Under the pieces are notes generated by a model, which saw only the letters and a list, made by a program, of their open reading frames with translations, was not told the DNA's origin and ran no database searches. A stretch of DNA of 64,000 nt from Lama glama (lineage: Eukaryota): the NCBI GenBank assembly GCA_028534125.1, contig CM052816.1, positions 96,846,001 to 96,910,000 on the forward strand, written 5' to 3'. Position numbers and translations under genes: made by a program. Of the stretch, positions 25,617 to 38,193 are shown one piece after another (positions within the stretch are counted from its first letter, which is position 1; every line of letters begins with the position of its first letter).

Positions 25617-26116
25617 NNNNNNNNNNNNNNNNNNNNNNNNNNNNNNNNNNNNNNNNNNNNNNNNNNNNNNNNNNNNNNNNNNNNNNNNNNNNNNNNNNNN
25701 NNNNNNNNNNNNNNNNNNNNNNNNNNNNNNNNNNNNNNNNNNNNNNNNNNNNNNNNNNNNNNNNNNNNNNNNNNNNNNNNNNNNNNNNNNNNNNNNNNNN
25801 NNNNNNNNNNNNNNNNNNNNNNNNNNNNNNNNNNNNNNNNNNNNNNNNNNNNNNNNNNNNNNNNNNNNNNNNNNNNNNNNNNNNNNNNNNNNNNNNNNNN
25901 NNNNNNNNNNNNNNNNNNNNNNNNNNNNNNNNNNNNNNNNNNNNNNNNNNNNNNNNNNNNNNNNNNNNNNNNNNNNNNNNNNNNNNNNNNNNNNNNNNNN
26001 NNNNNNNNNNNNNNNNNNNNNNNNNNNNNNNNNNNNNNNNNNNNNNNNNNNNNNNNNNNNNNNNNNNNNNNNNNNNNNNNNNNNNNNNNNNNNNNNNNNN
26101 NNNNNNNNNNNNNNNN
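25617..26116. other. Assembly gap (500 N)
   Basis: Run of N. Confidence 1.
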
Positions 26117-26550
26117 CAATGAGCCCGAAGGGAACTCAGGACAGACACAGGATGCCGACCATCAAGCAGTCAGCCATGCAGCACCCCCAACAGTGCTCCC
26201 TGAGGGGACTCAGGATGGGAAAGAACAGGAGATCGGCCCTCGATAACTAGGTGCACATCAAAGAAATGATTTCAAGGAGCCCAAACTCTTGCATCTTCCT
26301 ACACATTTAAAAGCACTAAATTCATTAACTTGAGATGCCTAGTTTTCTTTAATTAACATTTATCTTTTGATGCTCTGACTACCTGGTTTTTGTTACAAAA
26401 CTCTTATATATCCTGGCTCCTCCCTCATCTCTTAGAAGCAGTCCCTTATGTCTGAGTGAGAGGCTGCCTCCCAGGCTTGAAGTCCTCGGAAAGTCTGCCA
26501 ATTAAAATATAACTCTCAACTTTTAGGTTGTGCATTTTTTTCAGTCAACA
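26117..26550 (+). mobile_element. ERV1-class LTR related to family A (different subfamily); 5' end lost in the gap
   Basis: Reverse-complement similarity to 3440-3903 and 21311-21783 (gcactaaattcattaacttgagatgcctagttttcttt, ctctcaacttttaggttgtgcatt...cagtcaaca). Confidence 0.88.
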
Positions 26551-26559
26551 GGATGGTGC

Positions 26560-26850
26560 CACAAGATCCACAGAAGAGAGGGAGGATGACGTAACTGAGG
26601 TTGCAAAAGGGAAAATGACACATGGGTCATAGGAGGACTGACCAGAACAGGTCCATTGTGAAGGAGGAACAGAGCCAGACTGCAGTGAATTGAGGACGGA
26701 ATCAAAAGTGCAGAAATGGCAGCAGAAAGTGTAAACCATTCTTTCGTGTAGTTTAGTTGTGCAGATTGGGACGAGCTAGCAGAGGAGAAATTAGGGAATG
26801 GGAAGTAGTGAAGACACAAAAAGAATAGTGTGTTGTTTTTGCTTTGAGGG
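26560..26850 (-). mobile_element. L2 LINE fragment
   Basis: Purine-rich agagccagactgcagtgaattgagga...gtgtaaaccattctttcgtgtagttt is typical of antisense L2. Confidence 0.55.
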
Positions 26851-27389
26851 ACAGAAGTGGGCTCTAGAACATGGTCCAGGCAATTGGCTTCCTGTAGAAG
26901 ACAAACCTCTTTCATTACAACCAGAGGGTATGTTTTCCCACAGATTTCCAATATTTTTTCATTTGAATTAGCTCAGAACTCCAAAAGGACGTAAACTAAA
27001 AAAATCTGGTGTTCAGGGAAGTTTTGGGGGAGCCATCTTGATAATTCGTATGTTCCCTAAAAAGGCTATTTCATCAATTTTTGGAGATATTCTCTTTCCC
27101 TTTTCAGTTTCTCTGTTTAGTGGTTTATAAAATTCTTATGCTGACATTAGAGAAAATTCAAATAGTGACATAGACGTAGAAGGGAAAGATCATAAATCTT
27201 CACCTGAATAAGTTGTGGGAATTTGTGAAGCTGAAGTTGGAAGTAATGTCTGGATTCTTGAAAGAAGGAGAAAGAAGGACTTTCTGCTAAAGATCTTCAC
27301 CCTGGCTGCCTGTAGTCCAGTTGGGAATGGTTAAACAAAACCAAACGTGACTTGTTACAATTTCAGTGAACTTTTATTATCTGCTGTAT

Positions 27390-27720
27390 TCACTAGGGTA
27401 TTCTAAACTGTTGTTACAATAAAGGACCAAAAGTGTGAAGACTAGAATAATAGTTTATTTCTTGCTTGCATGACAGCAGCTCCAGCTGCTCTGCCACTTT
27501 AAATGTGTGGTTTCCAAGGGTGTGTGGGCTTGCCATGCCAGTCAGCTGGAAGGAGTAGGAGGATGGAGAATCTGGCATGGGAAGTTTTCTTAAAGACGGT
27601 AGACACATATCATTTCCATCAACATTCCATTGGGAGGACCCAGTCACATGACAACACCTAACAGCAGGGTGTATGGGAAACAGTCCATCTCTGTGCTCAA
27701 GAGGGGAGAGTGGATTTTAG
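27390..27720 (-). mobile_element. MLT1 (J/K-like) MaLR LTR
   Basis: tagtttatttcttgcttgca...gctgctctgccac...cacatatcatttcca...cattccattgggaggacccagtcacatgacaacacctaac. Confidence 0.7.
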
Positions 27721-29775
27721 CATCTTAGTATGTTAGACAGTATTAGGGGTTTTGCTGGTGATATTTTAGCTTCAAAAATTGCTCTTCAAAAATTAGTCTT
27801 CCAATTAGAGTAGGTGGACCCCATCATCACTCTACTCTTCCTCTTGTTTCTCCTAACCTCAAGGACCATTTGTATCCTGAATGATATTTTGGCTCAACAG
27901 AAAACAGAAAAAGTGCTAAGGGCTTCTAAGGTCACCAGTGGGCAGCTTAAGTGTACCCTGTTAGGAGCATCCTTTATTTCCCATGAAATTCTGGATATCA
28001 AATGTCTTACTTATTTAGCATAAAAAGTATGTTACAAATGAAGACAATTCACTGCAGTTCAGTTCATCTGCTCTCTATTTCCTACTCTTGCATTATAATT
28101 CCCAAGAGCTCTGAATGAAAATAGTCTCATCACAACACTCTATGTAAAAACTATTCATTAAAAGATTCTTAAGTTTCTGTACTCCAAGTGCAATTTTTAG
28201 TTTAAAGACTTTTGCAGAGAAAAATTCTAAAAAGCATTAAACTACTATTAATCACTTCTGACTTTTCTGCTAAGATTTATTGTATCTCACATTAAATCAA
28301 TCAATATTCTATAAAATCCTTATAATATTGATGTTCTAAGACTGATACAATCTATCCATGATTGCATTCAACATATGGTTTTGCTTCTTAACCTAGAACA
28401 ATGCTCTCACTGTTGTTTGAATGGGGTTTCAATTAAAGGAAGATGTCATCTTAATTGAAGATTAAGTGAGTGTGCAAACATACCTCTGCTGTCTCAGGTC
28501 TATGCACTTAATCCTGTTGAGCCTGGATTTTAAATCAAGTTGAGGTAATAGAAACCTGGAGACAAAGCATTACATCTTGTAGAGTTTCCCCCTTGGTAAA
28601 TCACATTAAAAAATGACAAACTAGAATCTAACTCTTTCTTTATAGAGATGTGAAAAAATATCTGCTGATGAGGTTTTGCTAGACAGTTACAGGTACACCC
28701 CGGTGTGCATGGGTATTTCTTGTTCTTGGGGCTGGGAGAATTTTGTGGAAGGTGAAAAGCATTTGTAACATTTGAAGCTACTTTACCTTGAAAAATAAAA
28801 TCTCCAAAGCAAAGTAATTCCATTGAGACTTTACAAGTACCAACTAATGTCAGCCTTATCATAGCAAAAAGCTTTTTCCTTATAATATTATGGGAAAGGG
28901 TAGCTATGAGTACATACTAGTTAACAATCAAACAACTATTTTCCGTTGAAAATAAAAAGGTTAGTTTTCAAGAGCATCGTAAAAAATGGAGCTGGTAAAC
29001 ACTGTGTGTTTATCTTCTCAATAAATACTTCAGGGAACAGTAGTTTCCAGGGAAAGGTAGTTTAGGAAGTTTTACTGACTGTTTTATGAATATAGTGTTT
29101 GTAAAACTTTGAAAAATAGTTATTTTTAAATAACCAATTATTATTTTTGTTGAAATGTTACAATCCATTTTTATATTAGAATATAAGACTCATTACCCAT
29201 CTCACCAACTGCCACGGGTTCTGAAGCAGGATTCCACATAGCTAAGTGCTCCTGTAATAGAGGTTTGGTTTTTAAAGCCATTTTCTTCCTTTTGAAGATT
29301 TGGCAATAGCTTTTTCTCTTTCAGATGGTGCCTTTATTATTGACAACAAAGCAGAGACATTAAATCAATTCAGGGCATTTGGGAGCTCCTATGTGGTTCA
29401 TTTCCCATCAATGTCTCTGTGTTGGCACATCTACCTGATGTGCCAAATGGGAGGCATCCAGCCTGTCTGCATCTTTTGGCCTCTTTGTTAGCACTCTCAC
29501 TGGCATATTGGCAACTCTCCCACCCTGAGACCAAGTTGCAAAGCCCTACTTTTCATTAATGTGGGTACACTGATTTCTCTTGAGATACAAAATGTATTGG
29601 ATCCATGTTAGACCTTCACAGGGGTCTCAAGGGGAAAGGTCAAGGAAGCTCAGGTAGGACCCCCCACAGCCAGAGGTGCAAAGTAAGCCGTGGGGTGGGG
29701 GGGGACTTTGTTTTTTGTTATTATTGTTGACCGAGCCATCATTTTAAGTTGAAATGTCAAAAAATAACTTTTCTT

Positions 29776-30068
29776 GGTGGGAATGTAAATTGGTGCAGCC
29801 ACTATGGAAAACAGCACGGAGGTTCCTCATAAAATAGAACTTCCATAAGATCCAGAGTCCCACTTCTGGGTGTATCTCTAAAGGAAATGAAAACAGGAGC
29901 TCAAGGAAATATCCACACACCTAAGTTCATTGCAGCATTACTCACAATAGCCAAGATGCGGAAGCAACCTAAGCATCCATCAGTAAAAGGATAAAGAAAA
30001 GAAAATGAGATATAGATATAGACCTAGATATAGAAATAGAGAGAGAGAGAGATGTACATAGAGTGCAC

Positions 30069-30099
<31 letters not shown>

Positions 30100-30562
30100 A
30101 TGGAATAACCATGAGAAGGAAGGAAATCCTGCCATTTGAAACAACATGGATGGACCTTGAGGGCATTATGCTAAATGAAGCCAGTCTCATAGAAATATAA
30201 CACAATGAGAATAGAAAAGTGGTTGCTGGGGCTGGGAGGTGGGGGGAAATAAGGAGAGGTTGGCGAAGGGTACACATTTTCAGCTATAAGATGAATAAGA
30301 ATAAGGTCAGAGGATCTAACGTGTAACATAGTGACTATAATTAATAACACTCCGCTATATAATTGAAATTTGCTAAGAGAGTAGAACTTAAATGTTCTCA
30401 ACAAAAACAACAAAAAAGATAAATATGTGAGGTGACAGATGTGTTAATTAACTAAATGGGAGGAATCTTTCACAGTGTATTCGCATAGCAAAGCACCATG
30501 ATGCGCAATTCTAATTTCTTACAATTTTATCCATCAGTTATACCTCAATAAACCTGAAAAAA
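29776..30562 (+). mobile_element. L1 3' end (L1MA-like): ORF2 C-terminal remnant plus 3' UTR
   Basis: ggtgggaatgtaaattggtgcagccactatggaaaacag...gttcattgcagcatta...gaaatcctgccatttg...tatacctcaataaa plus an A tail. Confidence 0.92.
30066..30098. repeat. (CA)n microsatellite inside L1
   Basis: Read directly from the sequence. Confidence 0.95.
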
Positions 30563-32539
30563 GATAAGCACTCTAAGCTGTGAAAAGAACGTGCAGAAAA
30601 AAATGAGGGACCAAGGAAAGCAGGAGAATAAATCACAGTCCTGGAAACGAATGAGACGACACAGTCGCTGGATGGTCTGTGGGAAGCTTGTCGATACTTT
30701 TCTCCATCTTTCACATCATTTCTTCCTCCAGAGGACATTCCCACGCTCCTCCTTTAGGTCTTCAATTCTTGGCTTTTCTTTATCTTTTCTCATCATTTCC
30801 TGATTATCTCACGCTCACGGATGCTGATAACACAGACTCTTAATTCTCCCAGGATGACATTTAAAATGACCTCATGACGAAACCCCCAGGATTCTCTCCA
30901 AATCCCAACCACGATTAACCGCTCGGCTTTTGCTGATTAGGGTGAAGATGATGATGTGGGGGATTTTTTTGTTCCAGGCTGTTGAAATATGAAGACCTTA
31001 ACTTTGACCTCCTTTCCCCAAGCCCCTTGGGCTTGTTCTTTACTCAAGTTGTATGTGTCTATAAGTTTTGAGTAAAACCGTGAGAAAGTGGTGGAATCTC
31101 TGCTTCTCAGCGTCAGGAAGGGAGAGCTCTCTCCCTCCCTCTCTCTGTTGAAAACTGCAAGTATTATTTTTTCCCTAATAAGGCAATATTGCTCTCCCTA
31201 CCACAATATTAAATATCATTTTGTATGTCTAAATATAGACTTAAAAATAGCCTTGCTGTCCAAAAAAATACTTCTAGTCGCAGCTAATTTGTTTGTTAAT
31301 CCTCTGTTTCAAGGTCACAATACCATGGCAGTCTTACAAAAGTTAAAGCTATTTTTAAAATGAATCTCAAGTCTAGATGGTAAAGCAGATTAAAATGTAC
31401 ATAGAAAGAAACAGGAAGCAAACTCATAAAGATTTAGCGGTAATGATGCCCACATGAATTACAGTCTGGTTACCTCTGGGTTGACTGAACCCTTGTCCAG
31501 TTGGGTAGACTCAGCCCATTTGGTCTGAACAGATGAAGAAAATAACTGTAGGTTCCGTTGGGTCAAAACTAAATGATTCTCTGCCACAGGAGGAAAAGTG
31601 GAAATTAGTTTTTTTGTTTGTTTGTTTTTAAACACTTACTGACGGCAAATTTCTCAGATGAGCCATTGAACTTGGAATCAGTTACCTTATTTGTAAATAA
31701 TTGCTTTCATTAGAGCCCAGGCCAATAAAATTATTTTTCCAAGAAGCAACATGAGATCATTGTTTCTCTAGGATTAGATGACAAATGGACACCAAATTAA
31801 TTTTGACTTTTTAAAGAGAGGCTTATGTTCCTTGATATCTATTTATTAGCATGTATGAACAATGATGAAATGCATATTGCTGCCAGCTATTAAATTACCA
31901 GCAGTTGTATTTAAGTTACATAAATAACTTTTAAGGTGCTTGCTTATTGAAGAGAAATTGTGTTGGGCATTTTTGTAGTGCTACTTTAATTAGGGATGCT
32001 TTAAAAATTAAATAGAGTACCCAAAACTAAACCCATATTGCATAATTAAATTAACTGAATTCTTTAACTGAGTTAGCATTCTGAAAACTGTGTATACCTT
32101 TAGGAATAATAATGTAATCCTATAATTCCTATACGCAAACAATGGCTTTATTGTGCTAGTATTATAATTGTGATTTATGGAATTCATTTTAGCTAAAACT
32201 GTTGTAGTTTAGCTAAAACTCATTTACCTGAGTTTTAAGTATACTTGTCCAAACACACTGAGTAATTATAAATAAATTAATAACTTTATCTTTTCCATAT
32301 GGAATTCTACTTTAAAAAACCATTAAGTTTATTATTCTAATATGGAAACAGATGGGAAAACAACTGTTGGATTGCTATTTAAATTTTTCTCATACATTGA
32401 CCCTTTGTCTGCTGGCTTTTCTTTACATCTTTGAGAAATCACCTGTGACTTAATATAAGTTGTTGCACTCACAATGAATTTCAGCATCTCAATATCCTAT
32501 AGGGTAAAATTAATGTTTTCTCACATGTAAGCATTTGTT

Positions 32540-32860
32540 AAAATCCAGCAAACATACACTTATGATTTATGCATTTCATTGCATGTAAATTTTACACAAA
32601 CCCACAAACAAATATTGAAATCCAGCTAATGATAAGCATGCAGTACTTAGGAAAATGTGTAGTGATATCTGCAATTTACATTGAAGTGCATAAAAGTGGT
32701 TTGAAGGAAGGACAGAGAGCTGGACACATGAACAGGTGTGCAATTAAGAAGTAAAACATTAATGGAAGAAACTGGGTGTAGGCTCTAATGGAATTCATTG
32801 GAAAATTATTTCAACTTTGCTAGATATATGAAATTTTTCAAAATAAAATGTGAGCAGAAA
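32540..32860 (+). mobile_element. Old L1 (L1MC/L1ME-like) 3' UTR fragment
   Basis: atttatgcatttcattgcatgtaaatttta...gatatctgcaatttac...ttcaactttgc...gaaatttttcaaaataaaatg. Confidence 0.6.
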
Positions 32861-33095
32861 AAATTGACATATAGGAGATCATTATTCATTGGAGATATCA
32901 GCTCTTGGTCAGTACACACAAGACAAATGTCTTCTCTAGCTTGAATGTGCCTTTCTACACTCTTAATGGTGTATTTTAATACCACACCTCCTTAATTTGA
33001 ATGTTATACATCTTTATATTTTATGATCTGATCATTGTGACCTGTTCAGAGATCTTTTAGCTGCCCACAATTATAAGGATATTTTCCTATGTTAT

Positions 33096-33647
33096 TGTAG
33101 GGGAGCAAAACTCACCACCCCAAAAGGCGTCCTTGGCATGTGGATTATTTTGACCTGAAAACAATTAAGACCCAAAACACTTGTGAAAAAAAAATTGACC
33201 TTCCCCATAATTGCCTTAAAGAATTTGTCTCTGGGGTAGCGCTATGGCCAAAGGCATCTGCAAAGAGCATAGGGTAAGTGTCATGGGAGCACTCCAGGCA
33301 GGACCTAAAGAGTAGCGCTCACTTTGTGCCCCAGGGTCTCTGAATGGCCCAGCAAACATTTGTTTACCACAACTTTGCTCTCCCAACTCCATGCGAATTG
33401 CCTTCCTCCCCTTTGAAGTCCCAAACCACCGCCCACAACATCCTCTTTGTCTTTAGCTGAAGATAATATTTAAGGTGAGGGTTTCACCAATTTGGGCCAG
33501 TTACTCAGTTTTCCTGTGTCTCTTTTATGTACAAGTATTATTAAACTTTTGTTTGATTTTCTCCTGTTAATCTGTCTCATGTCAGTTTAATTTTTAGACC
33601 AGTCAGAAAATCCTAGAAGGGGAGAGGAAAAATTTTCCTCCCCAACG
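33096..33647 (+). mobile_element. MER34-like ERV1 solo LTR
   Basis: tgtagggg...cctccccaacg termini (final CA changed to CG) with a perfect TSD ttat (33092-33095 and 33648-33651). Confidence 0.9.
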
Positions 33648-33850
33648 TTATCTTCTAGAAGACTCAGTATTTCACTTTTCACTTCTAGACTTTAAAGTCT
33701 CTCACAACTGATTTTCTCTGTGATATGATGTAGAGGACAAGATGCTATCTTTTTTTTAATCTACATGGAGATACAATTGAAAGGACCCATGTATTGAAAA
33801 GATCATTTGTCACTGATTGCTCTCAAGTGTCACCTTTGTCATGAATCATT

Positions 33851-34154
33851 TGTGTGTATGTACATATGTGTGTGTGTCTGTATGTATGTGTGTGGTACAT
33901 GTGTATCTATGTATATGTATGTGTGTGGTATACATGTGTATGTATGTATATGTGTGTGTGTATGTGTGTGTGCAAGTGTCAGGTGTATGTGTGTGTGCAG
34001 GTGTGTGTGTGTGTGCAGGTGTATGTGTGTGCAGATGTGTGTGCAGGTATATGTGTGTGTGTGCAGGTGTACGTGTGTGCATGCAGGGGTGTGTGTGTGT
34101 GTGCAGGGGTGTGTGTGTTTGCAGGTGTGTGTGTATGTGCAGGTGTATGTGTGT
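33851..34154. repeat. About 300-bp complex (TG/TA)n repeat with a higher-order (GT)nGCAG unit
   Basis: Read directly. It produces the CV/HT-rich spurious ORFs. Confidence 0.95.
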
Positions 34155-36492
34155 GAGATCTTGATTTCTATCCCTTCTATTGGCCTGGTTGTCCATTTCC
34201 ACATTGATGCCATATTGTTTTGTTGCCTTTTATTAAGTCTTAATACTTGTTTAACTACTGGAATTTCATTTTTATTTGTTCAAAAACACCTTAGTTCCCC
34301 TAGGCCCATTGAGTTTCCACTTAAAATTAAAATCAATTTCTACCAAAAAAATGCTTATTGTCTTTTGCTTTATTTAGTGCTATGTTCTAGCTTTTTATGT
34401 TGCTGCCTTAGTTTCTCTTCATTTTTTTCTGTTTTGCATTGTGTGTTTGTAATTATAAATGTTCCCGTGTTCTGCTTGACAACATTCTGCAGATTTTGAA
34501 AAGTAGTATTCTAATGTTTGTTTATAAGTAATTTTATAATTTTTCATTTGAAAGTCTCTCTTAAGAAAGAGCTGTTTAGAAACGAGTGTTCATAAATTTC
34601 AGAATATTATTTTCCTACCTTTTTACCATGTTTAAGCTTTACCGCTATGACCTAGTGATGGCAGCCAGTGGAATTTTCTGCCTTTTTGGATTTCAGGAAA
34701 GTTAAATGATCGTTTTTTCCAACAATCCGTGTGTAAGTGAGTAGATTTTGTTCTAAAGTTACTAAATATAAAATAATATATGTGATATTTGCTTATCCAT
34801 ATAAAAGTGTTTTATAAACCCTCACATACGTGCATATGTTTACTTAATTTATTCTCTGGGTTTCCAAGATAGATATACTATGCTTTTGTCAAATTCTCCT
34901 TGTATTTCTCTCAATTTTTTTCTTTGATACTTTAATCCTATATTATTAACTGAATAAAGGCAATGACTAATATAACTTCTTGGAATATTATTATTTTAAT
35001 TAGTATAAAATATTATGCTCTTTGTTTTAGATCTTAAATTACACCCTGTCTGATATTAGCAGAGCTAAAAGATCTGTTTCATTTTGTTTACTGTTTGTTT
35101 TTTACTGACCCTTTACGTAGCAGATACAGAATCTTGCCATTCTGTTGTCTTCATTAATAATAAAAAAGTAAACATAAGTTTGTAATTGTCAGCATATACT
35201 GAAAATTTAAAAAGATAAGCTGTGAAAGAAAACAGAGCGATGTAGTTGAGATTTTGTTTTCATATATTTTTGATATGGAAGAATTCTGGCCAATCCTGTG
35301 GAGTTATTTGCAATAGCCAGGTAAATAAAAAAGAAAAATAACTCACAGTTGTCCAGATAAAGCAGTTTAGGATAATATTTTATATTATCTTTTATTGTTT
35401 AAAGTAAGATCCCAGAAATCGATAATAATTTAGACCCATTTTGGGTTTCAGATAGATGTACAAAATATTACTATTGATAGTAATAAAAAATAAGATGTAG
35501 TCTTGACTTTTTTAGTTGTGTTTAATTGATTCCATCCATGTTTCATAAGGTAAAATATATTTTTTCCATTGAAAAAAGCAGGAATTATCATTTTTGAAAA
35601 AGACAGCCAAAGGCTCAAGAGGCCATTTTTAGCCATCTAGAAATAGAGTAATTAGTGAAAGAAATACAATGAATTTGAATTTGGTTAAATAAGCACATAA
35701 CTGAAAGTTTTATGTTCTCTTAGATTTTCAGCAACTTTTTGGGAAAAGAGTAGATTGGGTGAGTGAGTGGTAAAAACTAAACTGAATGCATGTTATCTGG
35801 CCACACATGGATTTTTCCCATTGAGCTAGATGTAGGTAAATGCGGTAAATATTGAGTCACTGTGAAATCAATGAGTTCGTAAAGTAAGCATCTGAAGGAG
35901 TCCCACAGTTTGGAAACAGTAAAATCTGACTGCTGTTGAGGGTTTAGAATTGATTTGGTGATCATAAATCCACAGAGACTCAGAATACTATTCTTAAGAC
36001 CTACCAAGCTTCTTTATTACTCTGTGCACATAAGGGCACATACAGACTTTCTTTCATGATTTTTGCCGTGTTTTTCTTTAGGTTTAGGTGTGTGGATCAT
36101 GCTAGCAAACCACCTCACTTTCCAGGCCTCTCTGCTTGTATATAAGCTCTGGACCAGGGCTAACCAATGCGTTTCTCCTGGAGCATCCGTAATCTGTTGA
36201 TTTGGTGGTTATTCTGGGTTCAGTGGGATTCTGATGTTCAGTCCAGCTTTGGAAATTCGTTGGGAAATATCTTTGTTATTAATTGGCAGTTAGGACAAGA
36301 GAGGTGCTGGAAGCTAAGAGTCTCGTGTTTGTTGTGTTGCCTATGTTGTACACTCTTTAAGGTCAGAGACCCCATTCTGCTCTGAATCTCTGTATTTGTT
36401 GTTCAAAGTCACCAAGTATCTGTGAAATGGGTGAAAGAAGTCAAAATCGGTTTTTCATAAGAAGAATCTTCTGCTAATATGGAAGACAAAAG

Positions 36493-36765
36493 CTGTATCA
36501 TTCTTCGTGGCCTGGTATAAGAAAATGACACAGGCTAGGTGGCTTAAACAGAGATCCAAAATAAAGGTGGCAACAGGATTGGTTTCTGATAAAAGCCCTC
36601 TTCTCGGTTTGCAGAAAACTGCCTCCTCGCTGTGTTCTCAGAAGCCTTTTCTCAGTTGATGCATGGAGAGACAGAGACCTCTGGTGTCTCTTCTTTTAAA
36701 AGTATCAGTCCTGTCAAATTAGGGTCCCAACCTTATGACCTCATTTAACCTTAACTACCTTTTAA
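36493..36765 (-). mobile_element. MLT1A/B-like MaLR LTR
   Basis: caggctaggtggcttaaaca...ctctggtgtctcttctt...ttagggtcccaaccttatgacctcatttaaccttaactacc. Confidence 0.85.
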
Positions 36766-37570
36766 AAAAACCACTAAAGAGGCTTGACACTTTAGGACAA
36801 TGAATCACAGCCAGACCGTAATTCTCCCATAAAATTCTGATCAGGGCAACCTAAAAAATTCGATCGCAGTACTTAGCATTCCATATATCTCAGTGAGTAC
36901 ATATCATTTTATCATAGAACCAGAAAACTGAGTGTAAGCCAGGTTTAATTTTATCATTCAATTGAGAAATATTTTAACTTCCTAGAGTTTCATACTATTT
37001 AAAAGAAATTTAAAATAAATCCATTATATAAGGGGAGAAGTTGTTGTGCAACACATGCAACTAAGATGTAATTATACAAAATATATACGATTTATAAAAC
37101 TCCACCATCTTGTTTGTCAAGCAGGATATATATATGTACAGATGTGAAAGGACAATTCTGTCTCAAGGAAAACACAGCGACACAGGCCAGGTTTTTTATG
37201 GTGTATAAAACTTTAATCATTTGACATTTTCCAAATAATTCAGTGCTGAAGTATTTATACATGAACATCCAGTTTTCCATTTGTTCAACAAGATTTACAG
37301 AGCCCTTACTATGTTCTCAAGGGAGCTTTGCCAAGACCGGTGGGCCAGAGGTATATGAGAAATGCAGCATATTCTCAAAGGCTGCCCAGAAGGAAAATAG
37401 GCCTGGAATGTCTTCACTTGTGCTTAGATCTACCTCATGTCCTTCAACGGATCTTAGAGTTTAATTTTATGCCTAGCAGTTTTGTCTTCTTATGTATTAC
37501 ATTAATTTGTGATATTATAAATGGGTCTATTATATTTTCTGCTTGCTTCATACATATGCATATGTATAGC

Positions 37571-38193
37571 TGAGACAGGAGGGAAGGGGGCAAGGCACAA
37601 CCATTAAAAGAATGACAGAGGAGGAGGAGGGTATAGCTCAGCAGTACAGTGAGTGTCTAGCGTGCACAAGGTCCTGAGTTCAATCCCCAGTAAAAAAATA
37701 AATAAATAAAAACCTCCCCCAAAAAACAAATTAAAAAAAAAAAAAAAGAATGACAGAGCAATTGAGAATACAACATAAACTGGTTAGAACCAACTCAGCC
37801 CAAGATGGTGGAAGATTTGACTTCCTGTAGACCTTGAGCCTCATCATACGCTCACTGTAATACTAGAGTGTGCTAAATGACACACCCACAGGTGCCGTGA
37901 CAGTTCCTGGGCTGACCATAAAAAGCCAAAAAGTGTGCAGGTGCCCAATTTCTGGAAATCCCCACCCCTTCCCCAAAATAGTTGGAATAATCCTCCCACT
38001 TGTTAGCATATGAAATGACCCAGCCCATAAAATCTAACCACCCCCACACCTTGCCGCCTCCCTTGCCATCTGAGATGGACTGCACTCTGTCTGTGGAGTG
38101 TGTATCTCCCTGAATAAATCTACTTTCAGTCTACTATGGCTCACTCTTAAAGTCTTAGCTGCACAAGACAAGAACCTATATTCTGCAATGATA
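37571..38193 (+). mobile_element. MER41-like ERV1 solo LTR containing a SINE insertion
   Basis: Starts tgagacaggagggaagg and contains aaatgacacacccacaggtgccgtgacagtt and aataatcctcccacttgttagcatat (MER41 hallmarks). AATAAA at 38113-38118. TSD tagc at 37567-37570 and 38194-38197. Confidence 0.88.
37621..37743 (+). mobile_element. tRNA-derived camelid SINE (Vic-1-like)
   Basis: ggagggtatagctcag...gcacaaggtcctgagttcaatccccagta. A-box-like 37634-37644, B-box-like 37678-37686, A-rich tail, and a perfect 15-bp TSD aaaagaatgacagag (37606-37620 and 37744-37758). Confidence 0.93.

Larger units (their letters stand above)
32870..35100 (-). mobile_element. Old L1 fragments, interrupted by an LTR and a TG-repeat expansion
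   Basis: The L1 phrase attttcctatgttat|cttctagaag is split by the LTR at 33096. Further antisense L1 phrases continue to about 35100. Boundaries approximate. Confidence 0.6.

Noticed and set aside
25425..26246. Longest ORFs in the track (187-273 aa)
   Set aside because: Artefacts of reading through 500 N.
26551..26570. Possible primer-binding site (tggtgcc) after the LTR
   Set aside because: Only a few bases match a tRNA 3' end, and the downstream sequence is L2-like rather than retroviral leader.
33807..34499. Cys/Val- and His/Thr-rich ORFs
   Set aside because: Translations of the TG repeat.
37621..37692. tRNA gene
   Set aside because: It has an A-rich tail, a 15-bp TSD and degenerate stems, so it is a tRNA-derived SINE.
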